A stretch of 64,000 nt of DNA from Verrucomicrobiota bacterium (GCA_049511835.1 JBEKXN010000011.1:19015-83014); one strand, 5' to 3'. Positions 1-10,487 are shown, numbered from the stretch's first letter. Numbers and translations are program-made. The notes: generated from the sequence alone by a model not told the origin.

Positions 1-73
1 AATAAATCCCAATGCCGCACAGCGCGCCGAGCAGCAAGGCCACATAAATCACAATCAGCGTGGGAATGCTCAT
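1..73 (-). CDS. 5' part of a membrane/exported protein, runs off the window
   Basis: ATG at 73, 1 nt after the upstream stop; reads MSIPTLIVIYVALLLGALCGIGIY (hydrophobic). Confidence 0.5.
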   Translation of the reverse strand, partial: MSIPTLIVIYVALLLGALCGIGIY

Positions 74-74
74 G

Positions 75-920
75 CTACGGTGATGCGGCGGGCGCGTTCG
101 TCGCGGGTGGCGGCACGGTGTGCCAGTTGAAAATCATCCGGCCAATGGTCAGGTGCGATGACGGGGTGAAGCGCATGGCGCGGGCGAGTTCGAGCGCGCG
201 CTCGTCGGCTTTGTCATACTGATCGGCGGCGATAAAACCGCTGTCGGGTGGGAGCAAGACGGTTGAAACGACGTTGCCTGTTGTGTCCACGAGCACCTGC
301 ACCTTGCTCGGCGCAATCACGTTCGCATACGGCCAATTCGTCAGGTTGATTGGTGAAGGCAACTGTCGTTGGGCGAGTTCGCCTTCGACGCGCAACGTGG
401 AATTTTGCGCCAGCGCAGTTTCAACCGGCAACCCGGGTGCGCTGAGTTTAAGCGGCGGTTTTAATTGAAGTTCAAAGCTTGCGAAATGATTGGTCTGCAT
501 GAATTGATTAAACGCCAGCCCCAATTCATCGGCGGACAATGGCAGCCAGCGCGGCGGTTCGGTCCAACGGAACGATGGTTGTTTCAAAGCGGCCGTTTGC
601 AGCCAGATGACGGACGCAAAATCTTTCTGATGCGGCAGCACAAAGAGCGTGGGATCGTTCAGCGCCAGCAGTTCGCTGGAATTGTCCGCGAGTTTGAGTG
701 TCGGGACGTTGGTCACCGTGCGCGGGACAATCTGTTTTCGCCCGCCGAATACGAAAAGCAATGCGACATGCGCGGCGAAAACAAGCGCGATAAGCGTCAA
801 CCACCGGCTGTTCGTCCAGCGGTCCGTACCGGGCGGTTTCCATCCCGTTGGCGCCTCCACGGCAACCTGGGTTGTCCCCGCCGGTCCAGCCGGAGGCGAT
901 TCGGCGGCGGCGGAGTTCAT
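75..920 (-). CDS. TonB-like energy transducer protein
   Basis: Single N-terminal TM with His (FAAHVALL), Pro-rich middle, TonB_C-like end (VLVDTTGNV...DERALELARAMRFTP); follows exbB/exbD. Confidence 0.65.
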   Translation of the reverse strand: MNSAAAESPPAGPAGTTQVAVEAPTGWKPPGTDRWTNSRWLTLIALVFAAHVALLFVFGGRKQIVPRTVTNVPTLKLADNSSELLALNDPTLFVLPHQKDFASVIWLQTAALKQPSFRWTEPPRWLPLSADELGLAFNQFMQTNHFASFELQLKPPLKLSAPGLPVETALAQNSTLRVEGELAQRQLPSPINLTNWPYANVIAPSKVQVLVDTTGNVVSTVLLPPDSGFIAADQYDKADERALELARAMRFTPSSHLTIGRMIFNWHTVPPPATNAPAASP

Positions 921-1348
921 GGTTTGACGGGCGCGGTGACGCCACCCGGCAGGGTGGCCAGCAGGAGGTTCGTGATGCCAATGTCCGGCTCCTGCGCGAG
1001 CAGGACGAGATGCACCAACTGGTCGTAAGTCACGGCTTTGTCGGCCTGAATGACGAGCGTGAGCGGTTCGCGGGATTTTTGGACAGCGGTTTTGAGCGCT
1101 GATTTTAATTTATCCTTGGTGACGATTTGATTGGCGAAATAAAATCGTCCATTGGCATCCACGACGACGGTGACGGCCGGTTGGTCGATACCGGGCAGGT
1201 TGTCCGCCACCGGCAATCGCAGCGGCAGACCGGGTATGGGCACGAGCGCACCGAGCATCAGGAAAATGACCAGCAGAAACAAAACCGCGGCGAACGGCGC
1301 CATGTCAAACGGGCCGCGCAACAGCCGGGAATGGCGTGGAAATTTCAT
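917..1348 (-). CDS. exbD: ExbD/TolR biopolymer transport protein
   Basis: DMAPFAAVLFLLVIFLM TM, IQADKAVTYDQLV motif; the usual TM Asp appears replaced by Ala. Confidence 0.85.
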   Translation of the reverse strand: MKFPRHSRLLRGPFDMAPFAAVLFLLVIFLMLGALVPIPGLPLRLPVADNLPGIDQPAVTVVVDANGRFYFANQIVTKDKLKSALKTAVQKSREPLTLVIQADKAVTYDQLVHLVLLAQEPDIGITNLLLATLPGGVTAPVKP

Positions 1349-1362
1349 GCCTGGAAAAACCG

Positions 1363-1448
1363 GACACGAATTTCACAGATTCGCACCGATGGTTTTTTTG
1401 AATGGGTCATGGGGTTGGTCAGGGGTGAAAATTCGTGCCCTCCGTGTC
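1363..1448. repeat. Intergenic imperfect inverted repeat
   Basis: GACACGAATTTCAC ... GTGAAAATTCGTGCCCTCCGTGTC between exbB and exbD. Confidence 0.5.
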
Positions 1449-1449
1449 T

Positions 1450-2073
1450 TTACTGGGAATGTCCGTTTCCGTTCTCGGTGACGATGTTGACGATTTCGGC
1501 GGCGGCGCGTTCCATGTCGAGGACGATTTTATTGATGCGGCTGACGAGATAGTTGTAACCGGCATGAACGGGAATGGCCACGGCGATGCCGGCTGCCGCA
1601 CAAATGAGCGCCTGCCAGATGCCGTGGGAAAGTTGTTCAACATTCGCATACAAACCGGCTTCCTGCACCTTGCTGAAAATGTCCATGAAGCCGAAGAGGG
1701 TGCCCAGCAAACCCAGCAGGGGCGCGATTTGAGCGATGGTGGCGAGCAGATTCAATTTCTCCTCGAGGCGCGGCACTTCGGTGAGGCCGGCTTCCTCGAC
1801 CGCTTCGCGCACGCGGTCGCGTCCGCGATCGCGGTTGAGAATCGCCGTTTTGACGATGCGCGCGACCGGGCCGGGCGTGGCGTCGCAGATGGAAATGGCT
1901 TCGACAACATTGTCGCGCTTGAGCACGGTGCGGACGCCGTTGAGGAATTCGGCGGAATTGATTTGCGAGCGGTGGCAATAGAGCACGCGCTCGATGAAGG
2001 TGGCGAGGGCAATGGCCGCGGCGAGCATAATCAGCCACATCACCGGGCCGCCATGGGTCAGAAGCGTTGGCAT
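1450..2073 (-). CDS. exbB: MotA/TolQ/ExbB proton channel protein
   Basis: GGPVMW start, LATIAQIAPLLGLLGT and GIWQAL...GIAVAIP motifs. Confidence 0.9.
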   Translation of the reverse strand: MPTLLTHGGPVMWLIMLAAAIALATFIERVLYCHRSQINSAEFLNGVRTVLKRDNVVEAISICDATPGPVARIVKTAILNRDRGRDRVREAVEEAGLTEVPRLEEKLNLLATIAQIAPLLGLLGTLFGFMDIFSKVQEAGLYANVEQLSHGIWQALICAAAGIAVAIPVHAGYNYLVSRINKIVLDMERAAAEIVNIVTENGNGHSQ

Positions 2074-2226
2074 GAAGTTTTTATAGGCGGTTACGGGCGA
2101 AGTTCAAAGCGCAAAATTTCTCAATCCGGAATTTAGGAACCAATGCTGGAATTAAAACCGTTGCGCCGATTTCCTGGCTGCTAAATTCTGGCGTCCGAAT
2201 TCCAACTCCTGTATTCTCATTCCATC

Positions 2227-2841
2227 ATGTCTATTGCAGGCGAAAATGTTCTCGTTTTTCCTCGCTCGCTTTTTGAGCGGCTGGGCGTTTTTCAAGGTTT
2301 CAGCGCTGAGGTTGATCGCTATCTGCCAAAAATCCTGGACAAGAAGAACAACAGTTTTCAGCCTCGTGCCCGGGCGGAGATCGATCCAACCTTCAAACAA
2401 ATCATCCCCTACGTGGTGGTCACTGATGGAAAGAGCATTCTTCATTATGTTCGTGGCAAGAAGGCTGGCGAACAACGTTTGGTTGCCAAAGGATCAATTG
2501 GCATCGGTGGCCACATCAATAACGAAGATCACACACTCTTTGCCGACGGCTTGCAGGCGTTTCAGGAAGCTGTCAAGCGAGAGGTGTGCGAAGAACTTGC
2601 TATTCAAGGTGCATTTGATGCACGACCCGTTGGTCTAATCAACGACGATTCCACCGAAGTTGGTCGAGTTCATTTCGGGGTTGTGCATGTGTTGTTTCGC
2701 ACGCCGGAGCAGGTGCAGAAAAATGAGCGGGTCATCACCCAAGTCGGGTTTTTTACCATTGAGCAGCTTAAGACGAAACGCGAGCAGATGGAATCCTGGT
2801 CGCAGCTTTGCCTTGATAATCTTGATGCGTTGCTGAGGTAA
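2227..2841 (+). CDS. Predicted NUDIX-family phosphoesterase
   Basis: FKQIIPY, SIGIGGHIN, REVCEEL, GLINDD...VGRVHFG motifs. Confidence 0.75.
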   Translation: MSIAGENVLVFPRSLFERLGVFQGFSAEVDRYLPKILDKKNNSFQPRARAEIDPTFKQIIPYVVVTDGKSILHYVRGKKAGEQRLVAKGSIGIGGHINNEDHTLFADGLQAFQEAVKREVCEELAIQGAFDARPVGLINDDSTEVGRVHFGVVHVLFRTPEQVQKNERVITQVGFFTIEQLKTKREQMESWSQLCLDNLDALLR

Positions 2842-2949
2842 TCCTCGCTAATTTTCGCTGATTAGCGCCAATCAGCGTTGATGAGCGGTTAAAAACGGAA
2901 TCAAAAAAAATTCTCGGCAACCGGCCAAAACCGATTACGATTCGCGCTG

Positions 2950-3555
2950 ATGGCTCGCGTTATTCAAAACGTCCCGCCGCGCTGGCGCAAGGAAGTCGAG
3001 CGCGTGCTCATCACGGAAGGCCAGATCGCGCGGCGCATTCTCGTGATGGCGCGGGAAATCGAATGCGATTTTCGCGGGCGCGAAATGGTGGTGGTTTCAC
3101 TGCTCAATGGCACGGTCATGTTTCTCGCGGATTTGATCCGCCACCTGTCGCTGCCGTTGCGTCTGGATTTCATGGGCGTGTCCAGCTACGGTGCGGGCAC
3201 GGAGTCGGGCGATTTGGTTTTCACGAAGGAGTTGCGGCTGGATGTGCGCGGGCGCGACGTGCTGCTGGTGGACGACATTCTCGACACCGGCAAAACCATG
3301 AGCCGCGTGCTGCCAAAAATCCGCGTGCTCAAACCGCGCCGCATCAGGATTTGCGTGCTGCTCGACAAGCCCAGCCGCCGGACGGAAGACGTTGAGGCGG
3401 ATTACGTCGGCTTCGCCGTGCCGGATTATTTCGTCGTCGGTTACGGGCTCGACTTCGCGGAGCGGTATCGGAACCTGCCATTCGTCGGCGTGTTGCATCC
3501 CCACGTCTATAAACAGGCCTGCCAGCGGGTCAACGAAGCCTTCTGCCACAAATAG
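2950..3555 (+). CDS. hpt: Hypoxanthine phosphoribosyltransferase
   Basis: VLLVDDILDTGKT PRPP loop, SSYG, FVVGYGLD..ERYRNLP. Confidence 0.95.
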   Translation: MARVIQNVPPRWRKEVERVLITEGQIARRILVMAREIECDFRGREMVVVSLLNGTVMFLADLIRHLSLPLRLDFMGVSSYGAGTESGDLVFTKELRLDVRGRDVLLVDDILDTGKTMSRVLPKIRVLKPRRIRICVLLDKPSRRTEDVEADYVGFAVPDYFVVGYGLDFAERYRNLPFVGVLHPHVYKQACQRVNEAFCHK

Positions 3556-3558
3556 TTC

Positions 3559-4827
3559 ATGGAACTGAAATCCATCAGTCTGCTCGGCTGGTTTACGATG
3601 ATCGCGGTGGCCTGGGCGATTTCCTACAACCGGAAATTGTTTCCGTGGCGGACGGTGATTTGGGGCGTCGGTTTGCAATTCACGCTGGCCGTGCTCATTT
3701 TGAAAACGCCGTGGGGCGGCGCGCTGTTTGACCTGGCCGGCAAGGTGATTCAGAAACTCATCCAATTTTCCAACGAAGGCTGCAAATTTGTTTTCGGCCC
3801 GCTGGCGGACGAAAATTTGCTCACGGAAAAATTCGGGCCCGGCAACGCGGTGATTTTCGCCGTCCTGGTCACCGGCACCATCATCATCGTCGCGTGCATC
3901 TCGTCGCTGCTGTACCACTGGGGCATTTTGCAACGCGTCGTGCATGCCATCGCCTGGGTGATGCGCAAGATTATGCGCACGAGTGGCAGCGAAACGCTTT
4001 CCGCCTGTGCCAATATCTTTATGGGCCAGACCGAGGCGCCGCTGATGATCCGGCCTTACATCCCGCGCCTGACGCGCAGCGAATTGATGACCATCATGGT
4101 CTGCGGCATGGCGCACATCGCCGGGGGTGTCGCGGCGGTTTACGCGGACATGGGCCGCCGCGCGGGGTATCCCAACACCGCCGGACATTTGCTCACGGCA
4201 TCGGTGCTGAATTGCCCGGCCGCGCTGATGATGGCGAAGATCCTGCTGCCGGAAACCGAGAAAAGCGAAACCGCCGCCAGCGCGCCCGCCAGTGTGCCGC
4301 GGACCACAACCAATTCCATTGACGCCATCTGCCGCGGTGCGAGCGACGGGTTCTTTCTCTCGTTGAACGTCATCGCCATGCTCATCGGATTTATCGCCAT
4401 GATCGCGCTGGCCAATTACCTCATCATTTACCCGCAAATGCACCTCGGCGTTGCCAACCCGGTCAAATTGCAAACGTTTTTCGGCTGGATCAACGCGCCG
4501 TTCGCCTGGCTCATGGGTGTGCCGGCGCAGGATTGTTTCAACGTCGGGCAGATCCTGGGCGAACGCATCGTGCTCAACGAATTCGTCGGCTACCTCGACC
4601 TCACCACCAACGCGAAACAACTGGCGCTCGACCCGCGCAGCTTCACGATTGCGACCTATGCGCTGTGCGGCTTCGCAAACTTCGCGAGCATCGCCATTCA
4701 GGTCGGCGGCATTGGGTCGCTCGCGCCCGAACGCCGCAGCGAGATGGCCAAAATCGGTTTTCGCGCGATGTGCGGCGGCCTGCTCGCCAGTTACATGACG
4801 GCCTGCATCGCAGGAATTTTGCTTTAA
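3559..4827 (+). CDS. Concentrative nucleoside transporter (NupC/CNT family)
   Basis: ANIFMGQTEAPL, VLNEFVGY, YALCGFANF motifs; adjacent to hpt. Confidence 0.92.
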   Translation: MELKSISLLGWFTMIAVAWAISYNRKLFPWRTVIWGVGLQFTLAVLILKTPWGGALFDLAGKVIQKLIQFSNEGCKFVFGPLADENLLTEKFGPGNAVIFAVLVTGTIIIVACISSLLYHWGILQRVVHAIAWVMRKIMRTSGSETLSACANIFMGQTEAPLMIRPYIPRLTRSELMTIMVCGMAHIAGGVAAVYADMGRRAGYPNTAGHLLTASVLNCPAALMMAKILLPETEKSETAASAPASVPRTTTNSIDAICRGASDGFFLSLNVIAMLIGFIAMIALANYLIIYPQMHLGVANPVKLQTFFGWINAPFAWLMGVPAQDCFNVGQILGERIVLNEFVGYLDLTTNAKQLALDPRSFTIATYALCGFANFASIAIQVGGIGSLAPERRSEMAKIGFRAMCGGLLASYMTACIAGILL

Positions 4828-4835
4828 GTTTTTTC

Positions 4836-4977
4836 AACCACGGATGAACACGGATTGACACGGATAAAACGTGGAACGGCAGGGCGGGCAGTTCCTTGCC
4901 CGCCGCCCGCGGAAACGCCAATCACGCGCGCACGGAGTGACGCGCCCTACCTTCAAACGCTTTATCCATCCGTGGTT
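4836..4977. repeat. Nested REP-like composite repeat
   Basis: Outer IR AACCACGGATG...CATCCGTGGTT enclosing hairpins ending GCGCACGGAGTGACGCGCCCTACC. Confidence 0.7.
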
Positions 4978-5041
4978 AACAATTCGCTTTCTTGCTTCGG
5001 TTCCCTGTTTTCATTACCGTTCCCTTGCATTTGGAGACATC

Positions 5042-6280
5042 ATGGCATTTCTTAACGACAATTATTTGAAGCTGAAAGCCGGTTATCTGTTTCCTGAAAT
5101 CAGCCGGCGCGTCAAGGTGTTTTGCGACGCGAACCCCGAGGCCGCCCAACGCCTCATCCGCTGCGGCATTGGCGACGTGACCGAGCCGCTGCCGCTCACC
5201 GCCATCGCCGCCATGCACAAGGCGGTGGATGAAATGGCTGTGCGCGAGACGTTCAAAGGCTACGGCCCGGAACAGGGCTATGACTGGCTCCGCGCTGCCA
5301 TCGCCCAGAACGATTTCCGTGCCCGCGGCTGCGACGTGGCCGACGACGAGATTTTCGTCAGCGATGGCACGAAATGCGACACCGGCAACATCCTCGACAT
5401 TCTCGGCCACAAAAACAAAATTGCCGTCAGCGACCCGGTTTATCCAGTTTACGTGGACACGAACGTCATGGCCGGCCACACCGGCGAGGCCAACGAAGCC
5501 GGCACTTACGCGAAACTCGTTTATCTGCCGTGCAAACCCAGCAACGGTTTCATCCCCGAGCCGCCGAAACGGCACGTGGACGTGGTTTATCTTTGTTCGC
5601 CGAACAACCCGACCGGCGCGGCGGCCAATCGTCCCCAGCTCGAAGCGTGGGTGAAGTACGCCCTCGAACACAAGGCCGTCATTTTGTTCGACGCGGCCTA
5701 CGAGGCTTACATCACCGACGCCAATCTGCCGCATTCAATTTACGAGATTCCCGGCGCGCGCGAGTGCGCCATAGAATTCCGCAGTTGCTCGAAGAACGGC
5801 GGGTTCACCGGCGTCCGTTGCGCGTTCACCGTGGTGCCCAAGTCGCTCAACGCGCAGACAAAGACCGGTGAATTTCAGCCGCTGCATCCGCTCTGGCTGC
5901 GGCGCATGACGACCAAATTCAACGGCGTGAGTTACATCACCCAGCGCGCCGCGGAGGCGCTTTATTCGCCTGAAGGCAGGGCGCAGGTGCAGGCGCTCAT
6001 CGGACATTATCTCGGCAACGCGAAAGTTTTGCGCGAAGGCGCAAAGAAAGCCGGACTGAAGGTTTTTGGCGGTGTGAACGCGCCTTACATCTGGGTGAAG
6101 GCGCCGAAAGGTGTTACGAGCTGGCAGGCGTTCGACAAAATTTTGGGCGAAGCCAACGTGGTCATCACGCCCGGCAGCGGCTTCGGCTCGAAAGGCGAGG
6201 GCTATTTCCGCATCAGCGCGTTCAACAGCCGCGCCAACGCGGAAGAAGTCGCGCGCCGTTTGCCGCAATTGAAATGGTAA
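5042..6280 (+). CDS. dapL: LL-diaminopimelate aminotransferase
   Basis: [44 protein letters not shown]; start taken at ATG 5042 after GGAGA. Confidence 0.95.
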   Translation: MAFLNDNYLKLKAGYLFPEISRRVKVFCDANPEAAQRLIRCGIGDVTEPLPLTAIAAMHKAVDEMAVRETFKGYGPEQGYDWLRAAIAQNDFRARGCDVADDEIFVSDGTKCDTGNILDILGHKNKIAVSDPVYPVYVDTNVMAGHTGEANEAGTYAKLVYLPCKPSNGFIPEPPKRHVDVVYLCSPNNPTGAAANRPQLEAWVKYALEHKAVILFDAAYEAYITDANLPHSIYEIPGARECAIEFRSCSKNGGFTGVRCAFTVVPKSLNAQTKTGEFQPLHPLWLRRMTTKFNGVSYITQRAAEALYSPEGRAQVQALIGHYLGNAKVLREGAKKAGLKVFGGVNAPYIWVKAPKGVTSWQAFDKILGEANVVITPGSGFGSKGEGYFRISAFNSRANAEEVARRLPQLKW

Positions 6281-6311
6281 AATTGTTTGGTCCGCAGCCG
6301 TGCGCGGAAAA

Positions 6312-6534
6312 AATCCCAAAGGGATTTCATCCATCAGCCCGGCGTTGACGCAATGAAATTGCGGCTACGCCGGGTGGCGGATTGAAATTTCATCAACCCC
6401 AACGGGGTTGAATCAAATCGTGGGGAAGGGCGGATACAACCCTGTCAGGGTTGTGAATGATTGGACGGTTGACCCAGGGTAGCCTCGCGGGGCGAGGTCA
6501 ACCCTGGGCTGAATGATGGAATCCCTTTGGGATT
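6312..6534. repeat. ~220 bp composite palindromic (REPIN/MITE-like) element
   Basis: Terminal IR AATCCCAAAGGGATT / AATCCCTTTGGGATT; internal hairpins CAACCCCAACGGGGTTG and CAACCCTGTCAGGGTTG. Confidence 0.75.
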
Positions 6535-6554
6535 CTGCCTGCCGGAATTGATTT

Positions 6555-7799
6555 GTGAACATCATTGGTTGGTTAACGTTGGGACTGATTCTCGCCCGGC
6601 TGGCGGCGGAACTCTGGCTGGCCTCGCTCAATCGCCGACACGTGCTCGCGCACGCCGATGAGATCCCGCCGGCTTTTCGGGGAACTATTGATGAGCCGAC
6701 ATACAGAAAGTCCGTTGAATACACGCTGGCCAAAAGCAAATTCGCAGAAATGGAAGATGGTTACAATGTGGCCGTTTTAATAATCTTTTTATTCAGCGGC
6801 GTTTTACCCTGGGCGTTCCGTCTGTTCTCACACGGGCTGGGCCAGTCGGCATGGGCGATGGCGGCGTTTCTGTTTGCGGCCGGGTTGACAATATCGCTGC
6901 CGGGCTGGCCGTTCGATTGGTACGCGCAATTCCGGCTCGAACAAAAATTCGGGTTCAACACCACGACGCCGAAAATCTGGTGGTCCGACCGGTTGAAAGG
7001 CCTGTTGCTGGCCCTCGTGCTTGGATATCCGTTGGTGGTGCTCATCTTGAAAATTGTCCAATGGACGGGGGCATGGTGGTGGCTGTGGGCCTGGGGCGTG
7101 GTGCTGGCATTTCAACTCCTGATAAGCGTGCTCGCGCCGGTTTTGATTCTGCCGCTGTTCAACAAATTCACGCCGCTGCCGGAAGGCGGCCTGCGCGAAC
7201 GGCTGCTCGATCTGGCGCGGCGGACCCGATTCCGCGCCCAAAGCATCCAGTTGATGGACGGCAGCAAACGTTCGCGGCATTCGAATGCATTCTTTACCGG
7301 CTTCGGGAGGTTCCGGAAAATTGTGCTGTTCGACACGCTGGTTCAGCAACTGACCGGGCCGGAACTGGAAGCGGTGCTCGCGCACGAAATCGGCCACTTC
7401 AAGAAAAAGCACATCCCGAAAATGCTGCTCTTCTCGGCGGTCGGCTCGCTCGCCGGCTTTTATCTCATTTCCGTTCTGGCCCGGCAGGAATGGTTTTACC
7501 GCGCGTTCGGTTTTGAACCGGGAAACGCCGCTCCGGCGCTGCTGTTGTTCGGACTGCTGGCGGGGACGGTCACCTTTTGGTTTTCCCCGCTGATTCATTG
7601 GTGGTCGCGACGTTACGAATATCAGGCCGACGCCTTCGCCGCCCGGGTGATGAGCGGGACACAATCACTGGTTGGCGCATTGCGCAAGCTGAACGAGAAG
7701 AATTTAGGCAATCTTACGCCGCATCCCTGCTACAGCCGATTTTACTATTCGCATCCCACATTGCTGGAGCGGGAGCAGGCCTTGGCGGGGAAGACATGA
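6555..7799 (+). CDS. M48 family (Ste24-like) membrane metallopeptidase
   Basis: DGSKRSRHSNAFFTG, LAHEIGH zinc motif, EYQAD, YSHPTLLER. Confidence 0.92.
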   Translation: MNIIGWLTLGLILARLAAELWLASLNRRHVLAHADEIPPAFRGTIDEPTYRKSVEYTLAKSKFAEMEDGYNVAVLIIFLFSGVLPWAFRLFSHGLGQSAWAMAAFLFAAGLTISLPGWPFDWYAQFRLEQKFGFNTTTPKIWWSDRLKGLLLALVLGYPLVVLILKIVQWTGAWWWLWAWGVVLAFQLLISVLAPVLILPLFNKFTPLPEGGLRERLLDLARRTRFRAQSIQLMDGSKRSRHSNAFFTGFGRFRKIVLFDTLVQQLTGPELEAVLAHEIGHFKKKHIPKMLLFSAVGSLAGFYLISVLARQEWFYRAFGFEPGNAAPALLLFGLLAGTVTFWFSPLIHWWSRRYEYQADAFAARVMSGTQSLVGALRKLNEKNLGNLTPHPCYSRFYYSHPTLLEREQALAGKT

Positions 7800-7882
7800 C
7801 GGGAAAGCAGGTTTGAAACGAAGGAGGTTTTCACGTCAGTGGTTTCAACTGTAGCGACAACTGAACAATTGAAATTGTAGTA

Positions 7883-8275
7883 TTATCCCCCCACCAGCGG
7901 TACGAGTTTCACAAACGACACCTCGGTCTCGACCTTGACTTCGAATTCCTGGTCAAGACTTTCGGCCTGTTTGTCGCCGACGAGAACAAAGAACCGGTTT
8001 CGTTCGAAAGCTTCGAGGGCCTGCCGGTATTGCTCCTGCCAGTCAATCTTTCGCTTCGCCTTGAGCTTGTAGCCATTGAGCACACGCTCGGCGTTGGTCG
8101 GCTCGACCAAGCCGCGAAAGTATTCCGGTTCCTTCAGATTGTAATCCTGCACTTCCTGGTAAATGCGGACGCGGATGAGTTCGCGCACGGTCATGCGGTC
8201 CGTCAGGCAATCCAGCGTGAAGGTGTTGGTTTTCCGGCCGGAAGCGGTCGCATCGTGAATGGTCAAAGTGGTCAT
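7883..8275 (-). CDS. Hypothetical protein ending in Gly-Gly (possible ubiquitin-like/beta-grasp)
   Basis: 130 aa; C-terminus TEVSFVKLVPLVGG resembles MoaD/ThiS tails. Confidence 0.75.
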   Translation of the reverse strand: MTTLTIHDATASGRKTNTFTLDCLTDRMTVRELIRVRIYQEVQDYNLKEPEYFRGLVEPTNAERVLNGYKLKAKRKIDWQEQYRQALEAFERNRFFVLVGDKQAESLDQEFEVKVETEVSFVKLVPLVGG

Positions 8276-8443
8276 GGGATGTGGGAATGCTTGCGCCGGA
8301 ATTCAGCCAATTTCAAGTCTGAAATCGAGAGTGGCTGCCGGAACCATGCTTTGCCATTACGAATGCCGGGAAGGCTGATGCAGATGCCTAAAAAGCTTGC
8401 ATTGTCCGCACGCGGCTGTATTATCAGGCCGAGGCCAGTCGTC

Positions 8444-8839
8444 ATGGATACCAACAATGGCACACCTCGCAAACGGCACGTCCTGATCGTGGACGACGAT
8501 ATTCAACTTGCCTGGTCCCTCAAAGAATCCCTCGAAAGTGACGGCTATGAGGCAACGATTGTGCCCGATGGCGCGCTGGCGTTGAAGTTTGTCCTCCAGC
8601 ACCGCCTCGATGCCGTGGTCTGCGATCTGCAGATGTCCGGAGTTGAAGGCGACCTGTTGTATGCCACGGTTGGACGCACGAATCCGTCGCTGGCCCGGCG
8701 GTTTATTTTTATCATCGGGCTGGATGCCCGCCCCCAATTCCAGAAATTCATTGATTCCGTTGAGTTGCCGGTGCTGTGCAAGCCGGTGGCCTTGGATGTG
8801 TTGCGGGGTGAAGTGATGCGCATGGCGGAACGGAGCTGA
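8444..8839 (+). CDS. Single-domain response regulator
   Basis: VLIVDDD, VVCDLQM, CKP receiver motifs; start at ATG 8444. Confidence 0.8.
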   Translation: MDTNNGTPRKRHVLIVDDDIQLAWSLKESLESDGYEATIVPDGALALKFVLQHRLDAVVCDLQMSGVEGDLLYATVGRTNPSLARRFIFIIGLDARPQFQKFIDSVELPVLCKPVALDVLRGEVMRMAERS

Positions 8840-8875
8840 ACCGGGCCGGAATCAGCATTCCGGACTTGATGGTGC

Positions 8876-9290
8876 TGTTGGGCGCACAAGCTGCGCAACC
8901 TGGAAAACAAGCTCAAAGCCTCGCAATCGGCTTGTCTGGACCAGGTCAAACTCATCGACCAAGCCCCGCACCGGACCGGGGCGTTACACCGCTTTCGAGT
9001 CTGGAAAAAACACGGGCAGCCAGAAGCGCCCAAAGCCGTGGCCTGCCTGGAGCAGGACTTGGAAGCACTGCTGGCGTTCTTCGATTGCCCGCCAGCGCAT
9101 TGGAAACGGGTGCTAACGACCAACGTGATTGAACGGTTGTTCGTCGAAGTGCGCCGGCGCATCCGGACGATGGGTGCCCTCACCACCCGCAGCAGTTGTA
9201 AACGCATCCTTGATAGCGTCTTTGACCGTATGAACCTTTACTGGGATCTACACCCTCTCAAACCTTTTACACAAAAATCGTGACACTACC
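8876..9290 (+). mobile_element. IS256-family transposase 3' remnant with right end
   Basis: In-frame CWAHKLRN...TTNVIERLFVEVRRRIR...FTQKS*; terminal TTTTACACAAAAATCGTGACACTACC at 9265-9290; N-terminal part missing. Confidence 0.85.
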
Positions 9291-9300
9291 CTCGCGCTTA

Positions 9301-10194
9301 TCATTTCTTCAAAGCCGTGTCCTGCGCACATTTCAAAAAACGTTCGGCAGCGGGAGCCAGCCCTCTCTCGGACCAGGCGGTACCAATGACCAAAGGCTCT
9401 GGCGCGGGTGAAAGGGGGATGAGTTTCAGGCGCGGCCCGGCGAGGCAGGCCACCGACTCGGACACCAGCGCCACACCGCCGCCGGCTTCGACCGCGGCAA
9501 TCAGGCTGGTGATGCCGTCATGTTCCTCAACGACCGGCGGTTTGCTTTTGATGGTCGCGAAGTATTCCACCAGTAATTCGTGATACTCGGGATACTCTTT
9601 GCGGCTGTAGGCGATCAGCGGTTCACGCACAAGCTCCGCCAGCTTCACGGTTCGCCGCCGGGCGAAGGGATGTTTGGGCGCAACGGCCAGGCACAGGGCC
9701 TCGCACCGGAGTTCCTCGAAACGCAGCCCGCGCAACATGGCCCGCGTGGGCCGCACGAGGAAGGCGATCTGCAGCGCGCCGTCGCGCAACCGGGCGAGCA
9801 TCTCCTCGGTGGACAAATCGTGCAGGAGCACACGCACGTTGGGCGACCCGGCCTGAAAGGCGCGCAAGGTCGGCGGCAGGATCCGCGCGGTGAGTGACGG
9901 CGCGTAGCCGACGTGGAGTTCACCGCGCCCGCCCGTGGCCACGGCGCGCGCCGACTTCACTGCGTCCTCCACGCGTTGGAGAACGGCGCGCGCTTCGCTC
10001 TGAAAGGTTTTCCCCGCGTCGGTCAGGCGCACGGATTTGGCGCTGCGTTCCAAAAGCGCAAAGCCGAGTTCCTCCTCCAGGTCGCGAATCTGCCGGCTCA
10101 ACGCGGGCTGCGAAACGTGCAGCTTCAGCGCGGCCCGCGAGACATTTTCTTCTTCCGCGACGGCGATGAAATAACGTAGATGGCGCAGTTCCAT
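9301..10194 (-). CDS. LysR-family transcriptional regulator
   Basis: MELRHLRYFIAVAEE...AA.KLHVSQPALSRQIRDLE HTH; divergent from pirin. Confidence 0.95.
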   Translation of the reverse strand: MELRHLRYFIAVAEEENVSRAALKLHVSQPALSRQIRDLEEELGFALLERSAKSVRLTDAGKTFQSEARAVLQRVEDAVKSARAVATGGRGELHVGYAPSLTARILPPTLRAFQAGSPNVRVLLHDLSTEEMLARLRDGALQIAFLVRPTRAMLRGLRFEELRCEALCLAVAPKHPFARRRTVKLAELVREPLIAYSRKEYPEYHELLVEYFATIKSKPPVVEEHDGITSLIAAVEAGGGVALVSESVACLAGPRLKLIPLSPAPEPLVIGTAWSERGLAPAAERFLKCAQDTALKK

Positions 10195-10217
10195 TTCGTC
10201 GCCGAGCATACTCTTTG

Positions 10218-10487
10218 GCATAGTGCTTGCCTAGATGGGTGCTGATAAAAGTTCGGCCACTGTCCAGACGTGATTTGTCAACCCCGCCGCCCTTGCGGGC
10301 GTTTCCCCGCCAAGCGATTTGTGAACGCGGCAGTACCTGAATTTGGCAGCCGGAATGCTGACATTGACCCGTGCCAATACCCTTTGGCACGGCCACTAGG
10401 CCGCCCGCCGGTTAGCGCCATGTGTTATCGTTGACCGGCGGGCATTTTATTGGCTGGAGCCAGCACCAATCTAGGCAAGCACCATGC
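10218..10487 (-). mobile_element. Short IR-bounded element carrying an IS1-like transposase C-terminal remnant
   Basis: 27-bp IR (25/27) at 10218-10244 and 10461-10487; minus strand 10335-10231 reads YCRVHKSLGGETPARAAGLTNHVWTVAELLSAPI*. Confidence 0.65.

Noticed and set aside
3097-4620. 507-aa minus-strand ORF, and similar long ORFs at 13826-15055, 15086-16624, 26608-27954, 43635-45095, 59432-60655
   Set aside because: Antisense shadows of well-supported genes in high-GC DNA; no recognisable motifs.
4871-5041. N-terminal extension of the dapL ORF
   Set aside because: It translates an intergenic repeat; homology and RBS point to ATG 5042.
10216-10230. Sigma-54-like TGGCATAGTGCTTGC; also TGGCACGAAATTGC on the minus strand near 25987-26000
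   Set aside because: The first lies within the IR of the mini-element; the second has 9-nt rather than 10-nt GG-GC spacing. No activator gene nearby.
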